A stretch of 64,000 nucleotides of DNA from Eubacteriales bacterium (GTDB lineage Bacteria > Bacillota > Clostridia > Oscillospirales > CAG-272). Every line of letters begins with the position of its first letter. Position 1 is the first letter of the stretch. The notes under the pieces were generated by a model. That model worked only from the letters and a program-made list of their open reading frames with translations. It was not told the origin of the DNA and made no database searches. Positions 47,395 to 57,380 of the stretch are shown here, piece after piece. The DNA lies in assembly GCA_045660785.1 (NCBI GenBank), contig JAZREL010000062.1, positions 11,716-75,715 on the forward strand, written 5' to 3'. The position numbers were made by a program, and so were the translations under genes.

Positions 47395-48633
47395 TTATTG
47401 ATTTGCGCCTGACAAATAGTAGTAGTCAAGCTCGTTTGCCTTAACTGATGCGAAGGTGTAATCTACAATTTTTGAGGAAATTGTCACCTCGTAGGGGAGT
47501 GAGCTTTGATGCTTGGAAAGTGCTTCAAAGAAGGTGTAGTTTGCAACGCCTGCCTCAAAGGATTCTCCAAAGAAAATTTCGCTCTCGCGTCTGTCGTATG
47601 CGCCACTGTCAAGCTCAAGGCGTTGAACGAAAATAGAGCCGTATTCAAAATAGTCACCCGGCTTAATTGTTACGTCCTCACCCTCAAGTGAGGAATCTCC
47701 CTCGAAATAACGCTTTGCGGTAACAACCTTAACCTCGCCCGGCTTGCTTTGGTATGCCGCGGACAATACGTTTGAGTTGCTTAGCTGCTCAGGGTCGGGG
47801 TTTGACGTTTCGTATAGGCCGCTTGGGTAGAATTTATCGTCGGAATATTTTTCCCAAAGCTCCATATAGGAAAGGTTTTTGTCATCCTTTAATAATATAT
47901 AGTCAAAATCCATGTTTTTGTTGACAAGCAGCTCGCGAAGCTCTAAAACAAGGCGCTCCTTTTCTGCCTTTTCGTATTCGTCAAGCAAAACGAATTTCAC
48001 CTCACCGCTTGAGTCTGTGTGAAGCTTATAAAGTGTGTTTACTATTAAAGTTTGGTAGCGAAGGTAAGCGTATCTATAATATGATTCGCGGTCGCTTTCC
48101 TTAATGTTGGAGTCGTTTTTGCCCAAAATATGCTCGCGCACCTTGTTTTCCTTGTATTGCATTTCGTAAACGGAGCGCATTGCCTCATCGTCAAAGCCGT
48201 ATTGCTTTGCAATTTGGTTAAACTCCTTTACGCTGTAATTGCCGTAGTAGGCAACAACGGCGGTGGCGGTTGCATTTATATGGCTAAGCTCCTCGTCTGT
48301 CAAGGAAAGTCCAAGCTCGTCAAAGAGTGACTGAGCGTAGAGAAGTGACATTAAGCTTTGCTCAAAGCCCTCGCGGTAGCGTGCTTCTAAGTAGTCACCG
48401 AGGGTAACGCCCGAGGAAAGCTCCAAGCTAAGACTGTCGTCGGTAAGGGATGAATCGAACGTGACAAGCACCTTCTTTTTGAACATTCCCATTAAATAGT
48501 TGTATTCCTTTTCCGTTATTTTATATTCTCCAAGCTCGTACATAACGCGTCCGCCCTTGCAGGAGGAAAGCATCGGAACGAAGAGAATTATTAGAAATAA
48601 CAGACACAGGGTGCGGCAAATTGTTTTTTTCAA
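47395..48633 (-). CDS. lipoprotein, PrsA/SurA-like foldase candidate
   Basis: Lipobox LSSC; ITEKEYNY, ELGLSLTDEE, KYSDD segments; position downstream of mfd. Confidence 0.55.
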   Translation of the reverse strand: MKKTICRTLCLLFLIILFVPMLSSCKGGRVMYELGEYKITEKEYNYLMGMFKKKVLVTFDSSLTDDSLSLELSSGVTLGDYLEARYREGFEQSLMSLLYAQSLFDELGLSLTDEELSHINATATAVVAYYGNYSVKEFNQIAKQYGFDDEAMRSVYEMQYKENKVREHILGKNDSNIKESDRESYYRYAYLRYQTLIVNTLYKLHTDSSGEVKFVLLDEYEKAEKERLVLELRELLVNKNMDFDYILLKDDKNLSYMELWEKYSDDKFYPSGLYETSNPDPEQLSNSNVLSAAYQSKPGEVKVVTAKRYFEGDSSLEGEDVTIKPGDYFEYGSIFVQRLELDSGAYDRRESEIFFGESFEAGVANYTFFEALSKHQSSLPYEVTISSKIVDYTFASVKANELDYYYLSGANQ

Positions 48634-48651
48634 GGTATTTCTCCTTTATGG

Positions 48652-51600
48652 TTAGTTATTTATCTCGCTTGATTTTTCAAGATAAAATTCAAGCATTTTT
48701 ACGGATTTTTCGTGGATGGTGTCACCGGGCGAGAGCTTAACTGAAATGTAAGGCACGCGTCCAACGCCTGAAACTGAAATGTTTTGGCGGTCGAGCTTTG
48801 AAATTTCCACAAGTAAGGGTAGTGAAACCGTTTCGGGATAGAAGCGGATTTCGCCCTTTAGATGCTCAACCTTTTTCATTTTGGCTCTTGCGGCATAGGA
48901 TTTTACAAGCGCGATAGAAAGAAGCGTTTGCGTTTCCTTTGGAATTTTGCCAAAGCGGTCGGTAAGCTCTGTTTCTATATCGTTTTTGTCCTCGCAGGAT
49001 TCGATATGAGCGATTTTTTTGTAAATTTCCACTCTTTGCGATGCGGACTCGATATATTTTTGAGGAATAAATGCGTCGCTGACTGTGCTTATCTTCGTTT
49101 CGTAGCGCTCTTCCTTGTAAACGCCCTTTTCCTCGAGCACCGCCTCGTTAAGCAAGCGAATATATAAATCGTAGCCGACAGCGTCAAGGTGACCGTGCTG
49201 CTCACTGCCAAGAAGATTGCCCGCACCTCTTATTTCAAGGTCGCGCATGGCAATTTTGAAGCCCGCGCCAAACTCGCAAAAGTCGCGAATGGCATTTAAG
49301 CGCTTTGATGCAATCTCGGAAATTTCCTTTCCGCGGCGGTATGTGAAAAACGCGTAGGCGCGGCGGTGGCTTCTGCCAACGCGGCCTCTGATTTGGTGAA
49401 GCTGAGATAGACCCATTCTGTCCGCGTTTTCAATGATTAACGTGTTCGCGTTTGGAATGTCAATTCCCGTTTCAATAATGGTTGTGCTTACTAAAATGTC
49501 AATATCGCCAAGGACAAGCGCCTGCCAAATTTCTTCAAGATGCTCTCTGTCCATTTGACCGTGTCCAACGGCGATTCTTGCTTCGGGAAATGCTGACTTT
49601 AGCGCGCTTGCCGTATGGTAAATCTTGTTTGTGTCGTTTTGCAGATAGAAAATCTGTCCGCCACGGTGAAGCTCGCGCTTTATGGCATCGTTTAGTAAAT
49701 TTACGTCGTGCTCAAGCACGTAGGATTGAACGCCGACTCTGCCCTCGGGTGCTTCCTCAAGCAAGGAAAGATCACGGATTCCACCCATTGCCATACTGAG
49801 CGTACGCGGAATTGGAGTGGCGGAAAGAGTCAAAACATCGACACAGGGCCACGCGTTTTTGATTTTTTCCTTCTGTGCAACGCCAAAGCGCTGCTCCTCG
49901 TCGATGATTAAAAGACCGAGGTCCTTAAATTCAATATTCTTTGAAAGAAGCTTGTGTGTGCCGATTATAATATCAAGGTCGCCGCGCTTAAGTGAGCGTA
50001 AAGTAGCGCTTTGCTCCTTTGCGGTTCTGAACCTTGAAATCATACCGATATTAACGCCCGTGCCTGCAAAGCGCGCGGTTGCAGTTTGGTAATGCTGCAT
50101 AGCAAGGATAGTCGTCGGCACTAAAATTGCAACCTGCTTGTTGTCCGCAACCGCTTTCATAGCCGCGCGGAAGGCAACCTCGGTTTTGCCGTAGCCAACG
50201 TCACCGCAAAGGACCCTGTCCATTGGGTATGGCTTTTGCATATCGGAAAGAATTTCGCTTATCGCAAGTGCTTGTGAGGGTGTTTCCTCATGCTCAAACG
50301 ATGCGGCAAATTCGTCCTCAATCAGTGAGTCGCCCGAAAATGCGTGACCCTCTATTCTTTGACGGCGCGCATATAGGTCAATTAGCTCCTTTGCCATATC
50401 CTTAGCAGAGGTTTTTGCCCTTTGTGTTGATTTTTTCCACTCAGCACCGCCCATTTTTGAAAGCTTAACGTCACCGTCAAGTGAGCCGGCACCGATGTAT
50501 TTTGCAACCATATCAAGCTGGTCAACGGGCAAATAAAGCTTATCCGTGCCTGCGTACTGAATTGTGATATAGTCGCGGTATGCACCCATAACGAGTAGGT
50601 TTTGTATGCCGAGGTATCTGCCAATGCCGTAGCTGACGTGCACAACGTAGTCACCTACGTTTAAGTCGGCGGAGGAAAGGATTTTTTCGCCCGCGTTTTT
50701 GGCAAATATCTTGTTTTTGAAGGTTTTCTTCTTTTCCTTTCCCTGCTTGGAGGAAAGCACAACAACCGACAGCTTTGCTTCGGGAATTTCAAATCCCTCG
50801 GGGAAGGAGTCGGCAACTACAGAGACAACACCCTCCCTCAAGCAATCAACCGTTTTTTCCTTGGAGGAAAGTGGACGCGCGGGAATGTCAAGTGATAAAA
50901 GCGATTTGACAGCACCCTTTGATTCCTGCTCGGTTTGGCAAACGAGAATTGTTTTGTAGCCGTTTTTGGTGAAAAAATCAAGGTCGTCGCGAATAACGCT
51001 GACGGAGTGGTTTGCAAAGGACGTGCCCTTGGTGCTGAAGTGGTAAAGCCCACCCTCCTTGTCAAAGCGCGACATTATATATGTGTCAATATTTATTGTC
51101 TGATGAGATTTTGAAAAATGGTCAATTTGCGACACAGGGGCGCCAAAATCCGCATATTTTGACGGTAAAAGCGAGCTTTCAAGAAGCCCCTTTACAATCT
51201 CGTTTTCGTAAGCGCGTGAGTCCTTTGATTTTGCTTTAACTCCGTTTGTATCACAAATTATCAGTGACGTATTTTCGTCGAAATAGCTTAAAAGTGAATT
51301 TTTTTCGGGATAAATTAAAGAAATATATTTGTCAAAAAACGAGTGTGAGTAGCCGCCCTGTCTTACCGCTAAAAGCTCGCTGTTTAGGCGCTTTGTTGAT
51401 TCCTCGCTTGTTGCTAAATCAAGCAGCTTTTCAATTTCGCCCTCGATTTTTTTGAGCTGCTCATCACTTGCGACAATTTCCTTTGACGGTGTGATTTTGA
51501 AGGACATAATTTTCTCGTCCATTCGTTGAGTTTCAACGTCAAAGGTTGCCATACGGTCAATTTCATCACCGAAAAGCTCAATTCTTATCGGCTTTTGCTC

Positions 51601-52218
51601 GTTTATTGCTTTTTTGCCCGCGTAATATTCGCATTTAGTCGGAAAAACGTCAATTATTCCGCCGCGCACCGCGTATTGACCGCGCCCCTCAACCGCATCG
51701 GTGAGGGTGTAGCCCATATTAAAAAGCTTGGCTGAAAACTCGGAAACGTCAAGGGACGTGTCTGAATTTACGGAAATTATCGAGCTTTCAAGCACACTTT
51801 TCGGCACCGTGTACTGAAGGCAAGCGTCGGGCGTTGTGATAACCGCGTCTATTTCGTCAAGCAAAATGCCCGAAAGCACGCGCAAGCGCTCATGTTCGAC
51901 GTCGTGAGAGGCGGTAATATCGTAAAAATTAAAATCACGTACGGGATAAAACTCGCTTTTTATTCCGCTTTTCTTAAGAAATTCGTTGAGCTTGTTTGCG
52001 CGGCGCTCCTCACCCGTTAAAATAAGAAGCGGCGATTTTGTCCTGCACTTAATATCGGTTGCGAGGGAGTAAAGAAGCGAATATATCGCGCCGTCACTTA
52101 TTCCGTCAACCAAAAGCGGCAGCTTTTCGTCTGATTCTCTCAGCTCGTCAAACCGTGCAAGCAGCTTTTGATACTGTGAGCTATGCCTTATAGCGCCGTT
52201 TATAATGCTTTTTTCCAT
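48652..52218 (-). CDS. mfd: transcription-repair coupling factor
   Basis: RGGIIDVFP, GDYVVH..YGIG, GDVGYGKTEVA, IDEEQRFGV, SATPIPRTL, QIRGRVGR. Confidence 0.97.
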   Translation of the reverse strand: MEKSIINGAIRHSSQYQKLLARFDELRESDEKLPLLVDGISDGAIYSLLYSLATDIKCRTKSPLLILTGEERRANKLNEFLKKSGIKSEFYPVRDFNFYDITASHDVEHERLRVLSGILLDEIDAVITTPDACLQYTVPKSVLESSIISVNSDTSLDVSEFSAKLFNMGYTLTDAVEGRGQYAVRGGIIDVFPTKCEYYAGKKAINEQKPIRIELFGDEIDRMATFDVETQRMDEKIMSFKITPSKEIVASDEQLKKIEGEIEKLLDLATSEESTKRLNSELLAVRQGGYSHSFFDKYISLIYPEKNSLLSYFDENTSLIICDTNGVKAKSKDSRAYENEIVKGLLESSLLPSKYADFGAPVSQIDHFSKSHQTINIDTYIMSRFDKEGGLYHFSTKGTSFANHSVSVIRDDLDFFTKNGYKTILVCQTEQESKGAVKSLLSLDIPARPLSSKEKTVDCLREGVVSVVADSFPEGFEIPEAKLSVVVLSSKQGKEKKKTFKNKIFAKNAGEKILSSADLNVGDYVVHVSYGIGRYLGIQNLLVMGAYRDYITIQYAGTDKLYLPVDQLDMVAKYIGAGSLDGDVKLSKMGGAEWKKSTQRAKTSAKDMAKELIDLYARRQRIEGHAFSGDSLIEDEFAASFEHEETPSQALAISEILSDMQKPYPMDRVLCGDVGYGKTEVAFRAAMKAVADNKQVAILVPTTILAMQHYQTATARFAGTGVNIGMISRFRTAKEQSATLRSLKRGDLDIIIGTHKLLSKNIEFKDLGLLIIDEEQRFGVAQKEKIKNAWPCVDVLTLSATPIPRTLSMAMGGIRDLSLLEEAPEGRVGVQSYVLEHDVNLLNDAIKRELHRGGQIFYLQNDTNKIYHTASALKSAFPEARIAVGHGQMDREHLEEIWQALVLGDIDILVSTTIIETGIDIPNANTLIIENADRMGLSQLHQIRGRVGRSHRRAYAFFTYRRGKEISEIASKRLNAIRDFCEFGAGFKIAMRDLEIRGAGNLLGSEQHGHLDAVGYDLYIRLLNEAVLEEKGVYKEERYETKISTVSDAFIPQKYIESASQRVEIYKKIAHIESCEDKNDIETELTDRFGKIPKETQTLLSIALVKSYAARAKMKKVEHLKGEIRFYPETVSLPLLVEISKLDRQNISVSGVGRVPYISVKLSPGDTIHEKSVKMLEFYLEKSSEINN

Positions 52219-52227
52219 ATAGACCTC

Positions 52228-52860
52228 TTATTTTGAGATTCCGTTAAAATCACACATTGCCTTATCTGTTTCGCCCTTTAACATAAGGGTAAGAATGCTT
52301 GGGATTTCCTCAAGCACGGAGAAAAAGCGCGGCTCCTCCTCCTTTGGCAAGCGCGCAAGCACCCAATCTGCAATATCGTACTCAGGATGCGGCTTTTGAC
52401 CGACACCGAGCTTTATTCTTGGGAATTTATCGCTTGAAAGACGCTCGATTATGTTCTTTAAGCCGTTGTGGCCACCCGCGCTTCCGTTTTTTCTTATTCT
52501 GAGCTTCCCAACGTCAAAGGATGCATCGTCGGAAATTACTATTATGTCCTCGGGCGCAATTTTATAAAAGTCTGCTGCCTCGCGCACTGCCTCTCCCGAT
52601 AAATTCATAAAGGTTTGCGGCTTCATAAGAAGCGCACGTACGCCGCCTATGACAACCTCGCCGCAAAGGGACTTGAACCTTATTCTGTCACACTTAACGC
52701 CGTATTTTTGCGTAACGTAATCAATCGCCAAAAAGCCCGCATTGTGTCGTGTAAAGGTATATTTTTCACCGGGATTACCAAGACCAACAATGATTTTTGT
52801 TATCGGTGCTTGGCTCTCGCTTTTTTCAATTTTCTTAAAAAGGTCAAAGATGCTTGCCAT
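52228..52860 (-). CDS. pth: peptidyl-tRNA hydrolase
   Basis: IVGLGNPG..Y..TRHNAGF, KPQTFMNLSG, GSAGGHNGLK; ATG 52860 after AAGGAG. Confidence 0.96.
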   Translation of the reverse strand: MASIFDLFKKIEKSESQAPITKIIVGLGNPGEKYTFTRHNAGFLAIDYVTQKYGVKCDRIRFKSLCGEVVIGGVRALLMKPQTFMNLSGEAVREAADFYKIAPEDIIVISDDASFDVGKLRIRKNGSAGGHNGLKNIIERLSSDKFPRIKLGVGQKPHPEYDIADWVLARLPKEEEPRFFSVLEEIPSILTLMLKGETDKAMCDFNGISK

Positions 52861-53150
52861 ATTATCTCCTTGCAATTTATTTATAGCCACAAATTATTTA
52901 TAACGCGCAATAGCCCACATTCGTGGGCGTGCATTTTTATAAAGTATATCATAAAATGTGCGCGCTTGCAAGCAAAAAATAATATTATAATAAAATACTT
53001 TACAAAAATAGAAATTTCTGTTATAATGTAATATACATTAATTTACGCTTGCGCATATACGCGTGGGCGACGGTTGATGCTTTTATGAAGGGAGCGGAGC
53101 GGCTTGTGCCGTTTTCCGTGTATATAGAACTCTTTTAAGGAGGAAATTTT

Positions 53151-55154
53151 ATGAAGAAAAACAGAAATATATTAAGGTCGATAGTTGCGTTTGGAATTCT
53201 TCCCCTGCTTGCACTTGTTGATATTGCACTTGCAGGCGTGCTTGTTTCAAAGCTCGGCGGGTATGAGCTTCCTATTATCACTGCGTGCGTGTCACTTTAC
53301 GTATCGTTTGCGATAATTTTCGGAATTCTTACCTCGGTTGTGGGAAAGAAAAGAAATGCGGACGGTGCAAAGAAGGGCCCTGTGCTCGGTAACGTAATGT
53401 ACGACAAGATAAATTACGAAAACGAGCCCGCGTTTATCTGTGACGAAAACCACAAAATAGTATGGGTAAACCGTTTTGCATCAAGTCAAATCGGCGCAAA
53501 AAAGACTCTCGGCGCAAATATCAACACCATCTTCCCATATGACTTTTCCGCACAAAACGGCAAAAAATCAAAGGAAATCCGCGTTGAGCTTTTGGGAGAA
53601 ACTTATATCGTTGAGGAAACGAAAATAGACACGTCAAGCGAGCAATACTATCTTCTTTACTTAACGAACATTACAAAGCAGGCGGAGCTTGAAAAGCTTC
53701 AGCGCGATAAGGAAAAGATTGTTGCGTACATCGTTGTTGACAACCTTGACGCGCTTTTCCAATTCGAGCAGGAGCAATACCGTGAAACCGCGGCTAAGGT
53801 TGAAAAAATCGTACGTTCCTCTGTTGAAGCCGTAAACGGTATTATCAAGGAGTACGAAAAGGATAAATTCGTTGCCATATTTAATATGGAGGACCTTGAC
53901 AAGTTTATAAACGACAATTTCTCTATGCTTGATAAGGTAAGAGATATTCGCTTAGGAAGCGGCAGTGTCCCCGTTACTCTTTCAATAGGCGTTGCCAAAA
54001 TGGCGGAGGCAAACCTTGCAGAAAAGGATAAGCTTGCCCACATCGCCCTTGATATGGCTCTTCAGCGCGGCGGTGACCAAGCGGTTGTTAAGCTTGAGGA
54101 CGAGGTTTTGTTCTTCGGTGGCAGAACGAATGCCGTTCAAAAGAGAACAAAGGTGCGCGCACGTGTCGTTGCAAACGAGCTTGCGATGAGAATTTCAAAA
54201 TCCTCAAACGTTATTATTATGGCGCACGCATTCCCCGATTACGATGCTATCGGTGCATCTGTCGGTATGGCGCGTCTTGCTAAATTCTGCGGCACTAAGG
54301 TTAATATCGTTACAAACTTTAAGGACATCAACGTAAAGAAGATGCTTAAGCACTTCGACGGAATTGAGGAATATAAAAACGTATTCGTTGATTCCTCTAA
54401 GGGTCTTGACCTTGTTAAGGCGGACACGCTTCTTATTATCGTTGACGTAAATAACATCAATATGTTTGAATCCAAGGATATTGCGAAAATGGTTGATAAC
54501 GTAATTATTATCGACCACCACCGTAAAACCGCGGAATATGAAAAGGAGCCGATTATTTCGTATATCGAAACCTCGGCATCGAGTGCAAGTGAGATAGTTG
54601 CGGAGATTCTTGAGCAGGCGCTCCACCTTTCACAGCCGATTGCCGCTGAGGCAAACGCGCTTTATGCGGGCATTTTGCTTGACACAAAGCACTTTACAAA
54701 GGGCGCGGGCACAAAAACACACGCTGCGGCTATGTATTTAAGAGATAACGGTGCATCGTACGAAAACGTGCAGGATCTTTTCAAATCAAACATTAACGAA
54801 TACAAAAAGGAAGCATCCTTTGGCGATAAAATCGAGATATACCGTAACTGTATGGCAATTGCACTTAACCCATACGGCAAGGACAATTCCGACAGAATTA
54901 TGGCGGCAAAGGTTGCAGACAATTTGCTTGGGCTTGAGGACGTTTCGGCATCCTTCGTGCTTGTGCAAATAGACAACGTGGTTCACATTTCCGCGCGTTC
55001 AAACGGCACGGTAAACGTTCAGCTTATTCTTGAAAAGCTAAACGGCGGCGGACGGTACGACGCGGCAGGCGCTCAGGTTAAGGGCACGGGCGTTGCAGAT
55101 ACATTATATATGCTTAAGGAAGCGATTGATGGCTACATCAATCCGGAGGAATAA
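53151..55154 (+). CDS. gdpP: c-di-AMP phosphodiesterase GdpP (TM-PAS-GGDEF-like-DHH/DHHA1)
   Basis: Two TM helices, RGGDQAV, IDHHR, SARS, GGG; conserved position upstream of rplI-dnaB. Confidence 0.92.
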   Translation: MKKNRNILRSIVAFGILPLLALVDIALAGVLVSKLGGYELPIITACVSLYVSFAIIFGILTSVVGKKRNADGAKKGPVLGNVMYDKINYENEPAFICDENHKIVWVNRFASSQIGAKKTLGANINTIFPYDFSAQNGKKSKEIRVELLGETYIVEETKIDTSSEQYYLLYLTNITKQAELEKLQRDKEKIVAYIVVDNLDALFQFEQEQYRETAAKVEKIVRSSVEAVNGIIKEYEKDKFVAIFNMEDLDKFINDNFSMLDKVRDIRLGSGSVPVTLSIGVAKMAEANLAEKDKLAHIALDMALQRGGDQAVVKLEDEVLFFGGRTNAVQKRTKVRARVVANELAMRISKSSNVIIMAHAFPDYDAIGASVGMARLAKFCGTKVNIVTNFKDINVKKMLKHFDGIEEYKNVFVDSSKGLDLVKADTLLIIVDVNNINMFESKDIAKMVDNVIIIDHHRKTAEYEKEPIISYIETSASSASEIVAEILEQALHLSQPIAAEANALYAGILLDTKHFTKGAGTKTHAAAMYLRDNGASYENVQDLFKSNINEYKKEASFGDKIEIYRNCMAIALNPYGKDNSDRIMAAKVADNLLGLEDVSASFVLVQIDNVVHISARSNGTVNVQLILEKLNGGGRYDAAGAQVKGTGVADTLYMLKEAIDGYINPEE

Positions 55155-55156
55155 TT

Positions 55157-55603
55157 ATGAAGGTAGTACTTTTACAGGACGTTAAGGCACAAGGCAAGAA
55201 AAATGATATTGTTGAGGTTTCAGAGGGATATGCAAGAAATTTCCTTTTCCCAAAGAAGCTCGCAATCCCTGCTGATGCCAAGGCAATAAATGATATTAAG
55301 AACAAAAAGAGCTCTGAGGCACACAAGATTGAGCTTGAAAGAGCGGCGGCAAAGGAGCTTAGCACAAAGCTTGAGGGAATTACAGTAAAGCTTCAGGTTG
55401 AGGGCGGAAGCGAGGGCCGTCTTTACGGTGCGGTTACCGCAAAGGATATTGCAGAAGCATTAAAGAGCCAATTCGGCGTTGAAATCGACAAGAGAAAAAT
55501 TATGCTTGATGCACCGATAAAAGCATACGGCACGTACAAAATCGATGCTAAGCTTTATCAGGAAATTTCGGGAAAGGTTACCGTTATGGTGCTTGAGAAA
55601 TAA
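55157..55603 (+). CDS. rplI: 50S ribosomal protein L9
   Basis: [13 protein letters not shown]...[11 protein letters not shown]. Confidence 0.98.
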   Translation: MKVVLLQDVKAQGKKNDIVEVSEGYARNFLFPKKLAIPADAKAINDIKNKKSSEAHKIELERAAAKELSTKLEGITVKLQVEGGSEGRLYGAVTAKDIAEALKSQFGVEIDKRKIMLDAPIKAYGTYKIDAKLYQEISGKVTVMVLEK

Positions 55604-56940
55604 TGGATATTTTACAAAAGAAAATGCCGTATTCTCTTGATGCGGAGCAAAGCGTGCTTGGCTCAATTATAATTGACCCCGAGTGCTTTGACGATATCGC
55701 ACAGATTGTCAAGGTTGACGACTTTTACCTTGAAATCCACAGAGAAATTTACGGCGCAATGTATGATTTTAAGTTTCAATCGAAGCCGATTGACGTTATA
55801 ACTCTCGTTAACTCGCTCGTTTCAAACGGTGTTTACGAGGATGAGGCGGCGGCGCGCTCGTATATCAAGCTTCTTGTTGATATTATTCCGTCGAGTGCAA
55901 ACGCAAAGGATTACGCTAAGATTGTTTACGACAAGAGCATTTTAAGACGTCTTATCGAGGCATCCGACGCAATTCAAAAGGATGCATATTCGGAGGGGGA
56001 CAGCGTTGAAAACATCGTTGACCTTGCCGAGCAAAGGGTTTTTGAAATCGCGCAAAAGAACGAAAAAAGAGATTTCGTGCATATAAGAGACGTAATTCAC
56101 CAAACCTACAACCGCCTAAGCGAGCTTCAAGAGGCGGAGGGCGACGAGGCAACGGGCCTTAAAACCGGCTTTGCAGACCTTGATAACGTCCTTGTCGGAC
56201 TTGGCAAGGGCAGCTTGGTTATCGTCGGCGCACGTCCGGGTGTTGGTAAAACCTCATTTTGCTTGAACCTTGCAACAAATATTGCGAAAAAATCAAAGAA
56301 GGCAGTTTGCATCTTCTCGCTCGAAATGTCAAACGAGCAGCTTGTTTCAAGAATTATTTCATCCGAGGCAACAATTGAATCGCACAAGCTTCGTACAGGC
56401 AAGCTTGAAGCGCGCGATTGGGATAATATGGCGAGTGCCGTTTCCGACCTTTCAGAAACAAATATTTATATAGATGATACAACCGACGTATCAATTACGG
56501 GTATGAAGGCAAAATTAAGACGTGTGAAAAACCTCGGCTTGGTTGTAATCGACTACCTTCAGCTTATGGAAAGTGAAAAATCGAGAAAGGACGGCTCCCG
56601 TGTAAACGAAATTGCCGACATTTCAAGAGGTCTTAAGAAGCTTGCAATGGAGCTTGACGTTCCGCTTATCACCTGCTCACAGCTCTCCCGTGGAACCGAA
56701 AAGGAAAAGGAAAGACAGCCAATGCTCTCCGACCTTCGTGACTCGGGCTCAATCGAGCAGGACGCCGATATGGTTATCTTCTTGTCGCGTGACTACTACG
56801 GCAAGGACCCCGACAAGGCAAATCAGGTTGACGTTATTATTGCAAAGAATCGTCACGGCGGTCTTGGCACTGTAAAAATGGCTTGGTACGGACAGTATAC
56901 GAAGTTCCAGCCGCTTGAAACTAATTTGAGTGAGGAATAA
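55603..56940 (+). CDS. dnaB: replicative DNA helicase
   Basis: AEQSVLG, GARPGVGKT, FSLEM, IDYLQL, SDLRDSGSIEQDAD, AKNRHG. Confidence 0.97.
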   Translation: MDILQKKMPYSLDAEQSVLGSIIIDPECFDDIAQIVKVDDFYLEIHREIYGAMYDFKFQSKPIDVITLVNSLVSNGVYEDEAAARSYIKLLVDIIPSSANAKDYAKIVYDKSILRRLIEASDAIQKDAYSEGDSVENIVDLAEQRVFEIAQKNEKRDFVHIRDVIHQTYNRLSELQEAEGDEATGLKTGFADLDNVLVGLGKGSLVIVGARPGVGKTSFCLNLATNIAKKSKKAVCIFSLEMSNEQLVSRIISSEATIESHKLRTGKLEARDWDNMASAVSDLSETNIYIDDTTDVSITGMKAKLRRVKNLGLVVIDYLQLMESEKSRKDGSRVNEIADISRGLKKLAMELDVPLITCSQLSRGTEKEKERQPMLSDLRDSGSIEQDADMVIFLSRDYYGKDPDKANQVDVIIAKNRHGGLGTVKMAWYGQYTKFQPLETNLSEE

Positions 56941-56942
56941 TT

Positions 56943-57236
56943 ATGAAAAAGTACGAAAGATTTATTGACAGACTTTTTGACGAGGATAATTTCGATCCGA
57001 TTGAAATTGTTGGCGAGGACGGAAAGACCTATAAGCTCAATCAGCTTGCGGTTGTTGAAACCGAGCACGGCTGCTACGCTGTAATGGTTGACGATAACGT
57101 TGCCGACGGCGAGGCGTACGTGTTCTTTATCGACGAGGAGCAGGACTGCCTCACCTACGTTGATAATGAGCTTGTTGCAAACGAGGTTTTGGCTGAGCTT
57201 GATGACGAATTCGATGACGACGATTACGGCGAATAA
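56943..57236 (+). CDS. small acidic protein, DUF1292-like
   Basis: Very acidic 97-aa protein, IEIVGEDGK, YAVM, AYVFFI pattern; RBS GAGG. Confidence 0.6.
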   Translation: MKKYERFIDRLFDEDNFDPIEIVGEDGKTYKLNQLAVVETEHGCYAVMVDDNVADGEAYVFFIDEEQDCLTYVDNELVANEVLAELDDEFDDDDYGE

Positions 57237-57380
57237 TTGACATATTAAGGCAAAATCATTAAAAAGCATAAACCATACTACCATATCAAAATAGGCAAAA
57301 GACCTTCCTTTGGGAAGGTTTTTGCATACGGAGATATTACGCAGAAAATGCGACAAAAAGCTGACAAAAGGAGAAAACGG

